Below are positions 11,462 through 23,076 of a stretch of 38,803 nt of DNA, one piece after another (within the stretch, counting starts at the first letter, position 1; the number at the start of each line of letters is the position of its first letter). Under the pieces are notes generated by a model. The model saw nothing but the letters and a program-made list of their open reading frames with translations, ran no database searches and was not told where the DNA came from. A program made the translations under genes and the position numbers. This DNA comes from Craspedostauros australis (taxonomy: Eukaryota). The stretch covers positions 1 to 38,803 of the forward strand of contig JALAGF010001952.1 in assembly GCA_030167865.1 (NCBI GenBank). Reading direction: 5' to 3'.

Positions 11462-12467
11462 CGCCCATGTCGACGCCCGTTCGTGATTGCAATCGAGATC
11501 ACAAGGCTTGCGACGTTCACTCGGGCAATTTGCTCATTGCTCGACGCCACGGGAGGGCATGGAACATGTTGCCATCGTATTCGTACAAGCCGTCCAATGA
11601 TAACAACAGCAACAGCAACAACAACTGCATATTCCATCCTCATTGCGAGAATGGGGCGAGACATCTCCATCGTCTCCGGTCGCGCTCCCATTCACCAACC
11701 ATCATCAGAAGGTTTGCGACTACTAATACAAGTACGTCGTACTATACATACTCCGCTGTCAATAAAACATGAATACCATACAACTAAATGTAGCAGCACA
11801 GCACCCCCAATCGAACAGGAATACAATCAATGGAAGGAACTTGATTGACGTGGTAGTCGTATGATATAATAGAATAATAGATAAGAAACAGAGACAGAGA
11901 AGATGCTGGTAGATGCTATGATGCGTTGTCGTCTTGTCATTACTCTGTGCCCACCATCGCACCAACACGAGCAGGCAGATAGTATGGTACTTGTTCAGTC
12001 TCCGTCGTTCCCCTTCGCACAAAAGATACAGAATCGACGCAGCGGCCGTCTCCGTTTTGGTGGTGGCTGTCGTCACCTTGTCCTGGTCTCTCTCGACGTC
12101 CCTCCCGATGCCTCTCCTGTTGCCAAGCGCTCAATCAGTTTGGCACTACGACTAGTATGGTATAATACGACCTATTGTATTTACAATATTATAATACGAG
12201 CTACAGAACCCATACCCACAAGATCACTGATACATATTCTATAATAAAATACAAAGCAAAGCAAAGAGCAGCGCGCTGCACGAGTGCACGTACTGGTATG
12301 CCCCGCTGATGGGATGGCACACGAGCGGTCTTTACGGAATAGCGATAGCCAGTCGAGGAACATTCCATTGCTGGTGCTGCACAAGCTCTAGCCAACACAA
12401 CAAGGCAGAGGAGCGTCCGCAGAACAAACCTGCAAGCGCAAGCATCCGCATCTCGTCAACAAATACG

Positions 12468-12507
12468 CAAACACAAACACAAACACAAACACAAACACAA
12501 ACACAAA
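12468..12507. repeat. (CAAACA)n microsatellite in the probable 5' UTR
   Basis: caaacacaaacacaaacacaaacacaaacacaaacacaaa just upstream of ATG 12540. Confidence 0.9.
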
Positions 12508-12539
12508 GGACTGGTCTGCCTCCTCATACCAACTCCGCG

Positions 12540-13757
12540 ATGACCGTGGCTGCCTCTTTGGGCTTGTTCGACACGCTTGTCCCAATCGCATCCATCGTAT
12601 CGATCGCACTGATCGTCGGGTACACGCTGCTGCGAGAGGAGCGGCTGGGTCTCTTCCTGCTGATCTGGTGGGCGATCTCCGTGCTGCTGTCGTTGCAGAA
12701 TGATTTCTTTCAGGATCCCGAGCGGTGGGCTGCAGGGGCACATACATCATCATCAACAACAACAGCATCCATAGCATCAGCAAGCATGCAACTCAATCAG
12801 CAACAGCAGCAACTGCGGGCGACAGAAACAATCTCTGATGGCAACGATGCCATCGGGATGCTAATGTTGCTGGGCGTTCCCATCGTGTTCAGCACAGTCT
12901 TGCTGATATGGTTCTTCCGATCGCAGCGTTTGCAACGATTCTTTCTGCACTCCGTTCCGTTGCATGCGTACATAGCATTGAACATGTACCGACTGGATGG
13001 GCTATCGTTGATTCGGCCATTCTCCGACGGTCGCATCCCAAAGTTCTTGGGATATCAGATGCTGGTGCTGGACGCCGTCTTTGTGGGTGCCATGTCCGTT
13101 CCGCTGGCATTGGTCGTGGCTGGTCATCATCAGCGTTCATTCGATGGTGTCCGCCACCATGGATACGCGTCCTCGTCTCCGTACTCGTACTCGTACCTGG
13201 GATCAACTTTGCATGCGAAGAATGGGAGGAGACGGAACCAAACGAACATCAGCATGGGTACGAGCACAGATGGGGGTACAGATGCGAGTTCAAAGGGGCA
13301 GCAAACGTTCGGCGTGCTGAAGTACCCATTCGCGGCGGTGTGGAATCGAGCTCGGCAACTTCTCGACACCTTGATGCAGATGCTCGTCGATCGGATTAGC
13401 GCAGAGACGGTGACAGATATGCTGTGGTGGTGGAACTCCCTGGGGTACTACAACCTGGTGAGCGCGTACTTGCTGCTGTGCGGGAACTTCCTGCGCATCG
13501 AAGGGACGCCTGGGATGATCCTGGACCCAGCGCTGTCGCGGGTTGGCTTCCATCCGCTGCCGTTGCTGGTGCTGTTCCACGCGCCTCTTGCCATCGCGAC
13601 GCACGTCCTCCTGCTGTCCACGCATCTCCCGTCATTGCTGAACACACGCACATCGCGATTTCAGCATCCCATCCAGCGGCTCCTCGTTGCGTCGAGGCAA
13701 CCCGCCACATTTAGGCGATCACGTGCCGTGGACACCGATCTGGTCCCACCCGTGTGA
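12540..13757 (+). CDS. Multi-pass membrane protein resembling an uncharacterised bacterial 6-7 TM family
   Basis: Probable start ATG 12540 (MTVAASLGLF). About 7 hydrophobic segments, with motifs VPLHAYIALNMYRLDG, GRIP, D..VG, WNSLG, HPLPLLVLFHAPLAIATH. Confidence 0.75.
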   Translation: MTVAASLGLFDTLVPIASIVSIALIVGYTLLREERLGLFLLIWWAISVLLSLQNDFFQDPERWAAGAHTSSSTTTASIASASMQLNQQQQQLRATETISDGNDAIGMLMLLGVPIVFSTVLLIWFFRSQRLQRFFLHSVPLHAYIALNMYRLDGLSLIRPFSDGRIPKFLGYQMLVLDAVFVGAMSVPLALVVAGHHQRSFDGVRHHGYASSSPYSYSYLGSTLHAKNGRRRNQTNISMGTSTDGGTDASSKGQQTFGVLKYPFAAVWNRARQLLDTLMQMLVDRISAETVTDMLWWWNSLGYYNLVSAYLLLCGNFLRIEGTPGMILDPALSRVGFHPLPLLVLFHAPLAIATHVLLLSTHLPSLLNTRTSRFQHPIQRLLVASRQPATFRRSRAVDTDLVPPV

Positions 13758-16477
13758 TGCAAAGGATGCGAGGTATTCGATGAACATGGCATTTGGAGCT
13801 GGCATCAAGTAGGATGCGGGGAGGGCAACGAATGCGGCTATCTTTCGTTGGCATTGACGATGACGCTGAAATTGGCGTCGACGCGGATGTAGAATAATAT
13901 AATTCATGCGAATATAGGAGAGCAGAGTGTCTGGACTCGCAGATGGCACAACATGCAAAAGTGCACATGAGGATGCAAACATGCAATGCTCTGCACGTAC
14001 TCTAGGTTCAAATGTTCTGGATACCAATGCACAATACACGTCCTCGTAGGTCGTAGACGGAGGTGAATCCACGCGCCGCTGCCGATGGCAACGACGATGA
14101 TGTGATTGTTGTGCTCTCTGCTGCGTTGCGGAACATGGTGAAAATCTCCCTTCCGTGATTCTCCGCGGTACCGAATTTGTGAGGCAAAGTACGAGTAGAG
14201 CGGAGAAGGTATGTACGACTGGAATGGACAGGGTCGGGAATGAAATCTGCACTGGAAGGACGAAAAAGTTTGGTCCCGAGAATTTCGTGTTTGTGTGTTG
14301 GAGGAGGTGTTCACGCTCAGTCGATCGAGTCAAAGGACCAGAAAGCTAAGTTCTTCACCACTTTCCGTCAATCGGAGTCGCATCAAACTCGTATTTGACA
14401 GTTTCGTTAAGTATGATTCGCCTTCATATAATAATAGATGTCCTAGAAGACAATTGTTTCGGTGAACAATACATTTTTAGCTATTGAAACACACAGAGTC
14501 AGAATGCGCGAACAAACAGGACCCAGATTCAGCCGGCAGCAGCGCCACGAATACACGTTCATGCAGCGACAGTGATGGTGAAATACGAGGTAGGGATGTA
14601 CTACTACCATAGCGAGTAATACACCTCGCGGAGTCGGTGCCGCAGCGAACCGTACTCGTGGGGCGGCTCCACTCGACGCTCCACGCCGGAGCGCAAATCG
14701 CCCTAATTTTGGCAACAGAAGACGACACAAAAAGGACAAAGGAAGAACGACAACACGACAGCGTTCGATCCAATCACAGAGTCAGCGGTGTGGAGCGGCG
14801 GTCTGTCCAGCCGTACCACTCTCTTCTTGGGTTCAACCGCAGTTCTCGCACAGAGGGGTCTTGCGCGTTGTTGTGCGTTGGGGACGATTGTCCACATCTG
14901 ACAGACGAACACAGAGACAAAACTCTGTGGCAAGAACAAGGAGCCGTTGAACGTGCGGTGTACTACTATCAAAGCGCGCCAAGAGGCAACACCGCATAGC
15001 ACGACACAGCACAGCACCACAGAAACGCAGCACAACACAACAGAGAGCAAGCCGGAAAGGAAGAGAAGCACAACAACCAACAGAAGAACAGTTGCGTCGT
15101 CGTGAACACACCTCTCTTGCCAACAACATCATCCTTGCAGACACGAACAGTTGTAACCTGTTCTACTCTGCGTGTTCTCGTATTGACACGAGTATCCACA
15201 TCGACAGAGGGTCCTCCACGAGCTGCCTCATCCACCAAGAGCCCCCTTCCACCTGCCACCCAACACAGTGCATCAACATCAACATCAACACCATCGTCAA
15301 CACCAACAAGAACATCCAGAACGACGCAAGACACAGACATCGCAGAAGGCAAAAGCAGAAGGCAAAGGACGAAGAGGAGTTCCCATTTCTGGCATTCCGT
15401 CGATCATCTTCGTGACCACCTTCGCGACCTCGTTCGTGTCCGTGTTCGTTCTCCCCTTCTCTCATCGCTGGTCTCCACAAGCGCGCTTGGGTCTGTGTCT
15501 GGGTTCGAGCCTGAGTCTGAACCTGAGCTCGGCTTGCATCAAAGATTGCGGCAGAATCAACGCAAGGCACCAGAAGCAAGGCTGGAGTAAGGCCGAAGCA
15601 AGACCCACTGTGACAGAGGCTGCTCTCACGAGTACTGTACTACCTGCACACCCTGCTCAAGTGCCCAACCCACCCACCGGCCATACATACATACATACCA
15701 ACCGTACGAAGTAAAGCGATACTGCAGAAGTTAACGCGGGAACAAAGACGAAGGACGGAAGAACTGTGGCAACGACAGCAACGACAGCAACAACAAACAC
15801 TGCATCTCTGTGCCCAAATCAAGGTTGGGGCTGAAACGGAGCAAACCGTCCTCTCTCCGGCGTCCAGTACTCGTGCTCGTTTTTGTGTTCGTGCAGATTC
15901 GACAAGCACAAGCACAAACACAACCAACCCCATCGTACTACCACTCACATCCGGACACGTACATACGTTGTACTTGAACTGGTCGTCGCCCCATCAGCGC
16001 ATCAGTACACGGACAACACAATACCGTACAGCACAGCACAATACAATCAAGTACTGTGCAGAAAGGCTCATTCGCAATCATCACCAGCAGCGGCAACACC
16101 AACAGTAAACGGCTTCAAATACAAGACAAAGGCAAACACAACACAACACACAAAGACGAGTATCCGCACATTTCTCGGATCCAACCCAACCAACACAGCC
16201 AACACAAATCATCTGAAAGGCCAACACAACAGCGTTCCCAATCACCCAACGACGCCACTCCCCTGCCATACCACACAACACCCACTCATCTATCACGCTT
16301 CTGCCTTCGTGAGGCTTCAAGGACAGCTCAAAGACAACCGAGAGCAGCTCCGACAGATTTATCGCACGATCTTCAGATCCAAAACTGCACAGTGCTCACC
16401 GTCTCTTCTACCATTCGCTCCAGCGCAACCCACAACGTAACCCACAACAAAACAAAACACAAGACAAGACAACAACC

Positions 16478-18475
16478 ATGGACAAGTACGTCACAGAGCT
16501 CAACCCCAGCGACGTGCTGTTTGGCAGAGGCTCCGGTCCCAACGATCATGAGGGAAACATCAAGTTCCGGGAGTACGTAGCGGAACGAAAGGGAGAGTAC
16601 ATGGCCACCAACCACCGTCAGACGAAGGCAAGGATAGCCAAGGAGATTGTCGATGCCGTCTACTCCAGGAATGGTCGCTTCCTCAAGAAGCTAGAAACCA
16701 ACGAGGCCACCAAGCTGGGATTCTCCCAGGGCGTCGACGCGTACATCATGGCGGATGAAAACACCATCATGGAGAAGGCCAAGCAGGCGCTCAGGCAGAA
16801 CAGAGACAAGAATGCTCCCAAGCTCCCTGATGGTCAGACCTCGCCAAAGCGTCTCTCACCCGTGCCTTCGAGGCAGACCATGGATCCTTCGTCATTGAAC
16901 GCCGCGGCCGCTGCTGGCCTCATGGGTCACGGCGGACCTGCCATGCCACATCTCAACAACAACCAGCAGCATCAGCACCAGCAGCACCACCAAATGCACC
17001 AAGCGCAAGCGCACATCAACAACATGCATCACCAGCAGCTGCATCAGAACGCTCAAGCGCAACCGCAGCAGCTCTACGGAAACCCAGGATTCCCGCTGCC
17101 TGCATCGCAAACCACGATATTGCCGGGCATGGATGGAAATGGTGGCGTCGGCAGCAACGACCAGATCTACCCGCTCGCCTCATCCATTGGCAACCAGGTC
17201 GTCGGCAACATCAATGCTGCTGGTCAGATGCAACCGCCCGCGCCTATCAACGCGAATGTCAACGGTGCTGACATGAACAACCTGCAGCAGCAACAGCAGC
17301 AGCAGAACTTCGATGGCACTCCGAGAGAGTCCGAGTTCCTCACCTACACCACCACCTTGGCAGACACGCCCGGCGATGACCGACGCGCACCCAGGCTCAG
17401 CTCCAACAGCAGGGATTCGATGCAGTGGATGAACGACACCGGATCACGCAGAGGCTCGCTCAGCGGAGCCGTCCTGAGTTTTGGACAGGGCGGCTCGCGC
17501 CGCGGAGGATCCTTCCTGCGAAAGAGCGAGGCCTCCAACCAGGCCAAGAGAGAATCGTTGCAGGTTTCCGACGTCTTTGGCAGCGGCAAGCGCGATTCGC
17601 TTCAGGTCACCGACGTCTTCGCCTACAGCAACATGCCCAAGCGAGCGTCCTCCATCACGGCCGCCAGCATGCAGATGTCGGAGCTCATGGAGTCCTTCAA
17701 GGGCATGAGCACGCAGGGTGACTTCCAGTCCGATGATGATACGATCGACACCATCGATCCAATCGGCATGGGACCGCATCATATGAGCGGCCTCTCCAGC
17801 ATGAGCGTCATGAGCATCTCCTCTGCAACCTCCCTCTTCAAGAACACGGCGGACTCCGCTCATGCCAAAGCCAACGGACCGTCGGCCGTCAAGAGCAACA
17901 TGTACACATCCGAAAACCACATCAAGGAAGAAGACGGTGAGGACCAGACCAACCAGGACCAGCAGCAGGATGAAAAACCCCAGCAGCTTTCACAGCAACA
18001 ACAACAGCAGCTGCTGCAGCAGCAACAACAACAACAAATGCTCCAGATGGCCGGACAGCATCCAAATATCCAGATGATGCAGGGGAGGCCATCGGACCTG
18101 TCCTCGATAAACGACGGCGCCAGATTATCCAGCACGCTGCGTCTGAGCAACCTGGACGACATGAGCTGGGCTGCGAGCGCCGCCATGAACGGTTCCATCC
18201 GACAGAGCATTGCGCCGCAGGACCTTTGGAACGGTGGCAGAACATCCGGTACGCAGCATAGCAGCGGCAACATGAGTCTCAATCCGCGACCGCTGGGCAG
18301 CATGCAGGAGCACCCGGACAACTTCAGCAGCCTGGGATCGTCTGGTCTGGCCTTCATGAGGACCGCTGCCAATCTGGAGTCATTGGAGAACATCGAGGAG
18401 ACCGCTGCTCCTCCGCAACAGCTTCATCGCCAACATCAGCAGCAACAACAGCAAAACCAGGAGAGCGAAGGATGA
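16478..18475 (+). CDS. DUF6824-domain protein with Q/H-rich low-complexity C-terminus (putative transcription regulator)
   Basis: N-terminal DVLFGRGSGPNDHEGNIKFR...K..IA.EIV..V....GRFLK...EKAKQALR is the DUF6824 signature. Poly-Q tracts follow. Context acaaccATG. Confidence 0.9.
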   Translation: MDKYVTELNPSDVLFGRGSGPNDHEGNIKFREYVAERKGEYMATNHRQTKARIAKEIVDAVYSRNGRFLKKLETNEATKLGFSQGVDAYIMADENTIMEKAKQALRQNRDKNAPKLPDGQTSPKRLSPVPSRQTMDPSSLNAAAAAGLMGHGGPAMPHLNNNQQHQHQQHHQMHQAQAHINNMHHQQLHQNAQAQPQQLYGNPGFPLPASQTTILPGMDGNGGVGSNDQIYPLASSIGNQVVGNINAAGQMQPPAPINANVNGADMNNLQQQQQQQNFDGTPRESEFLTYTTTLADTPGDDRRAPRLSSNSRDSMQWMNDTGSRRGSLSGAVLSFGQGGSRRGGSFLRKSEASNQAKRESLQVSDVFGSGKRDSLQVTDVFAYSNMPKRASSITAASMQMSELMESFKGMSTQGDFQSDDDTIDTIDPIGMGPHHMSGLSSMSVMSISSATSLFKNTADSAHAKANGPSAVKSNMYTSENHIKEEDGEDQTNQDQQQDEKPQQLSQQQQQQLLQQQQQQQMLQMAGQHPNIQMMQGRPSDLSSINDGARLSSTLRLSNLDDMSWAASAAMNGSIRQSIAPQDLWNGGRTSGTQHSSGNMSLNPRPLGSMQEHPDNFSSLGSSGLAFMRTAANLESLENIEETAAPPQQLHRQHQQQQQQNQESEG

Positions 18476-20000
18476 GCGCAACACCGATGATGAATCCGTG
18501 CGCATCCGTCAATTTCATTGTCAGTGTCAATTTCGATGTCAGTGGCGGAGTTAAGAACGATGGCGCTTGCGAGACGGAGAAGTGCACATGCTGTAATCCA
18601 CCATCAGGCAGCGGCACCGCCGGGACATTGCACTTACTCCCACTCCACCAGTCTACTCGTACATGCTGGTATGCGTTCGCAAGCGCAAACGGAAGAGCAT
18701 GGTAGCATCACACAACAAGTAAACGAAAGGAAAGAAAGCCGAACAAGAACCAACAACAACGACCACGACAGTCTGCCGTGCCACGCCGAAGTTGATTGGC
18801 GCATTGGTGCGTTGTATCATACTCTGCTCTACACTCCACGATGGATGGTATTATATGTATGGTGTACATCCACTTTCGTTTATTTGATGATCTCACCAGA
18901 GCAAAGTCCTGGGATGCAAACTTGTGCTGCTGACGCACGACGACGACGCAAGTTGACAGAGCAAACACAGCGCACTGCACCATGGAGTATTCGTATCTGC
19001 CTGCATTAAAGTATGACATGTAGCACCGCCATGATCGTATGTATCGTATAATATTGTACATAGTAGTACGCCCAGATGAAGACAGAGAGGTCGAGAAAGA
19101 CCACAAGAAGGAACAGATCCTCCGCCGTTCCCAACCTCGCCATTGTCGCTGTCTTCGTTGTCCACGATGCCGTCCACGATGCTGACGCCAGACAGAACAA
19201 ACCACGATCGTGGCAAACTTCGTTGATGTGTTGTTGTCCTTGGTTTGCGCCAAATTCTGCGACGAGTCCCACCAATGGTTCTTGTTACTGGGTCACCATG
19301 ACGTCATCATTATCTGGATCATGTCGCATAAGACAAACACAGACGGATCGTGGACGGTTGGAGCGTTATCTGTCCACCAAACGATTCGAATTTTGTCGCA
19401 CGTGCACAATGCGAGCGTTGGGACATGGCGCAGTATCGCGTGCGCACAAGACAGCGCACCTGGCTGTGGCGCCAAAGGGGAAGACGCACACACACGAATC
19501 GCAAGGCCACCGTGACACGGAAAGGGAATTGCAACAAGCGCATCATCTCCGAAACAGCAGACCGAGTTGAGCAAGAGGAGCATCGTCGTAGATCGTCCGA
19601 CTACACCGCTAAATACAGATAGTTGCCACTGGTATTGCCTCCAACACCATCAGCACACAGGCATCAACAACAACAAACATCGACATTGCCAACAGGAACA
19701 AGAGCAACACATGGAAGGAAGGGACTTGACGTCGTCCCAAATCTACTGTTGAAGAGAGCAGCATCGCGCCATCCGCACTAACACGAGTCAACTCCATTGA
19801 CTGGCGAAGCTTGCATTGACCGACGCAACGAATCATACCAGAGCACCACCAAGAACAAACAAGACAGACGGCTTCCAGAGGACCTTGCACTCACGCTCAC
19901 AGCCACATTCACATTCACGTCCACAGGTGCACAGGTGCACAAAGAGAGTGCGACTATCCCACTCTACTCCACTCCGCTCACAGCCACTCCGCTCGACTCC

Positions 20001-22513
20001 ATGAAGAGCGACGCAAGAAAGCACACAATGCCGTCGTCGTCAACTTCATCCACATTTACATCCAAATTTGCATCCACATCCACGATGCTGCCAATGCTGA
20101 AGCTGGTGGTGGCCGCAGCCTTCTTGCTGAGCGCCGTTCACACGGTGATCGCAGGCGATGTGCCAACCAACGCAGACGCCGAGGCCACCATGGAGGCGGA
20201 GGACGCCAATGAGCTCCATCGCAGACTCTCGGCAGTCGGAGACTCCGTTCCCAAGTACATGGACAGCGCCATGAAGGATCTGAGGGCGCGCCAAAAGCTG
20301 TTCGAGGAGACACCGCCGGAGGAAGTCAAGTACTGGTTCGAATACTCAGGGGAGCTGCAGGTACGCCAATGTCCACTGCGTTCGTGCGTCAAGGCCGACT
20401 TCATGCGTCGTGACACACACTTGCACAGGTGCATTGGGGGTGTCCATCTGGTGTCATTTCTGTGCGACTTGCGCATCTCTCTGTACTCACACTCCGTCCG
20501 CTTCCACAACAACACTGCCAACATCCTTCGTACGGAATTATACGGATTTATACGGTATTGTACCAACAGAAATACTTCTACAGATTCTCCAAGAGCCGTG
20601 CCAAGGCCGACTACTTCGAGGGTCGCGATGACTCCGGCGTCACATCGTCGCGTTTCATCGAGGATGCCGGAGGCACACCTGAATTCACAAAGTTCTACAC
20701 CCATGACTGGAAGGGCGATGCAGAGAAGGCGCAGTTCCAGAGGCTGCTCGAGAACTGTCTCAGCATGGGATCGCCCAGCACCCCGGACAGCGAATGGAAC
20801 AGCTGGTTCCCCAAGGGCGAGTCTCACGCCGACATCGCGGATCGCTGCCGCATCCTCTTCACCCTCAACACCGTCGGGGCCGGGCGTGGCACCACCATCC
20901 TCTGGGAGACCAACCCGCCCAAGCCGCACGCTCAGGGACCGGAGCCATGGATGTCCGAGCAGGAAACGGCCGCCACGCATCTTGCACGCAACCTTGAAGA
21001 GATTGATCACATGTGCGAGACTGGCCTCATCGCAGCTCGCGTTCAGGTCCTCGTCTGCGAACCCATCTCCGCCCGTTGGACAGAGTGGATGGATTCCAAG
21101 CTCCCGCACTGCGGCGGCAAGTCGACCAACATCGACAAGATCGTCGCCGGTCAGGTGCAGGTGGAGGAACGACCAAGCCCTGTGCAGGTGGTCGTCGTTA
21201 GCTCCGCCTCCACAGCAGACACGTGCCACGATCTCAAGTCAGGATTCATGGAGAAGCGCATGCAGGACCTCATCCTCGCGCCACCCTACCTTGGCGACGG
21301 TTCCAGCTCCGCATCCACCAAGTCGAAGGACCCATCCGTCAAGACCACGCACAAGGACCTCGTCAGCAGCGACGACTACGACCTCTACGTGGGCCTCAAG
21401 TGGACCTCCCTGGTCACCATCCGCGCCATCAACTCCTTCCTGCAGGCCAGTGCCGACCTCGCGGCGGCAGCCAACTCGCCGGTCAACCAGAAGGCCAGCA
21501 CCGCTCAGACCAACGTCGATGGAGTCACCGTCGCCATCAACAACTCCCCAGCCAGCCCCTTCCTCATCCCATCCTTCGTCCGCATGTCCTACGTCAGCGA
21601 GGAGAACTCAAAGGTGGCCAAGTGGCGCATGCACGGAGACTTCTTCCACCCAGCCGCATGGGAGATCTGCAAGGACTCCTTCGAGATGACCTGGATCGAT
21701 CACTCCCTCTCGGGCTCGGGCAGCGTCAAGGGGATCTGCTACGAAGGCGAGGAATCCACGGACGTGCAACGCAGGCTCAAGGCCTCAGGTGGCGACTGCG
21801 GTCAGTGGTGGATCTACATGTCCGAGCTGCAGATGCCGACATCGCCAGAGGTCTACGCCAACGAGGTCACCCCGGCCCTCGTGCAAGGTGGATCCAACTT
21901 CATCTGGATGCTCACGGAACGTCAACGACGCGAGATCGTCAAGAGGCAGGTGTGTCTGCACGAGAACAAGGAAACCGAGCACGCCACCAAGTGCCCCTCG
22001 CCACCGCAGGCCGTCATCCCGCTGGGCGACATGGAATCCTTCCTCATCAACTTCACCCCCAACACGGCCCTGGGCAAGAAGCACGTCCACGCACGCAGGC
22101 CGGGATACTCCAGGGAGAAGCAACGCGAGGCAGAGCGCGAGAAGGTTCGCGAACGCAAGCAGCTCAAGGGACAGGACGACATCGAGCAGGCGCTCTTTGA
22201 CTACACCATCTACCCTGCAGCCCTCTTCCGCAAGGACGCCACCATCAAGGCCACCAGAGCGCGTGACCTCATTCTCACGCCAGCCGATCAACGCGACGAC
22301 GACAAGATCGGACCGCAGACCATCAAGTCCAGCTACTACGATGTCACCATCACGAAGCCGCGACCACCTGTCCTGGGCTGGTGTCAGGCCATTGCCAGAA
22401 GTGGTCTTTGCACGCTCTACGCGGACTACTTCCGAACCTCCACCGACGCGCGTTGCATGGAGGCATGCGGCATGAAGCGCAACTGGTCGCCCATCGACTT
22501 CAAGTCCGATTAG
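20001..22513 (+). CDS. Large secreted protein of unknown function, 2 exons: 20001(or 20085)-20360, 20570-22513
   Basis: Signal-peptide-like MLPMLKLVVAAAFLLSAVHTVIA-G. Phase-0 intron 20361-20569 (CAG|gtacgc...taccaacag|AAA) gives YWFEYSGELQ|KYFYRFSK. Exon 2 shows strong C/G3 codon bias and is Cys/Trp-rich. Confidence 0.85.
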
Positions 22514-23076
22514 AGCACTGTTGCGCTCAAAGGGCCATCCCGTGGCTTGGACCGTGAATCCACGAGGTGCTTCATTCAACAACCAGGTGCACAGAAGACA
22601 CACACACGCACACTATCCTGCTTTCTGTTTGCTCCATACTCTCTCTCTCTCTTTCTGGAGAGAGCTCTGCTCGACTCTACACAAGTTCGAGCACAAATAA
22701 ACTACCATAACACATCATTTAGACACAACAAACAAACACTCACAGATCATGATGTCGTCTCCAGTTGGATACAGTGCGAGAGCGAGTGTGCATCTGGTCT
22801 TCCAACAGTACGAAGATTATTCTACATACAATCTTAGAACAAGTAATCGACCATACGAGTACGATGCCATCAAGGTTGCCACGCATGTTGTCGCACACAT
22901 ACTCCTGCATCAACGAGACGAATCGCGATCGCAACAACAATCGCTATCTTAAAGTTGTTAATCTTTGCCTTGCCACCCATGAAGGAAGACGCCCATTCTA
23001 CACATTCAAACAACACTCCAACGCTCCACAAGTTCGCAGGTGTCATACCCGCACGTTGCCTTTACCCCCCGCAGTT

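Noticed and set aside
15102..16440. ORFs of 162 and 185 aa upstream of the DUF6824 gene
   Set aside because: T/H/Q-rich translations of CA-rich non-coding sequence, with non-ATG starts and no codon bias.
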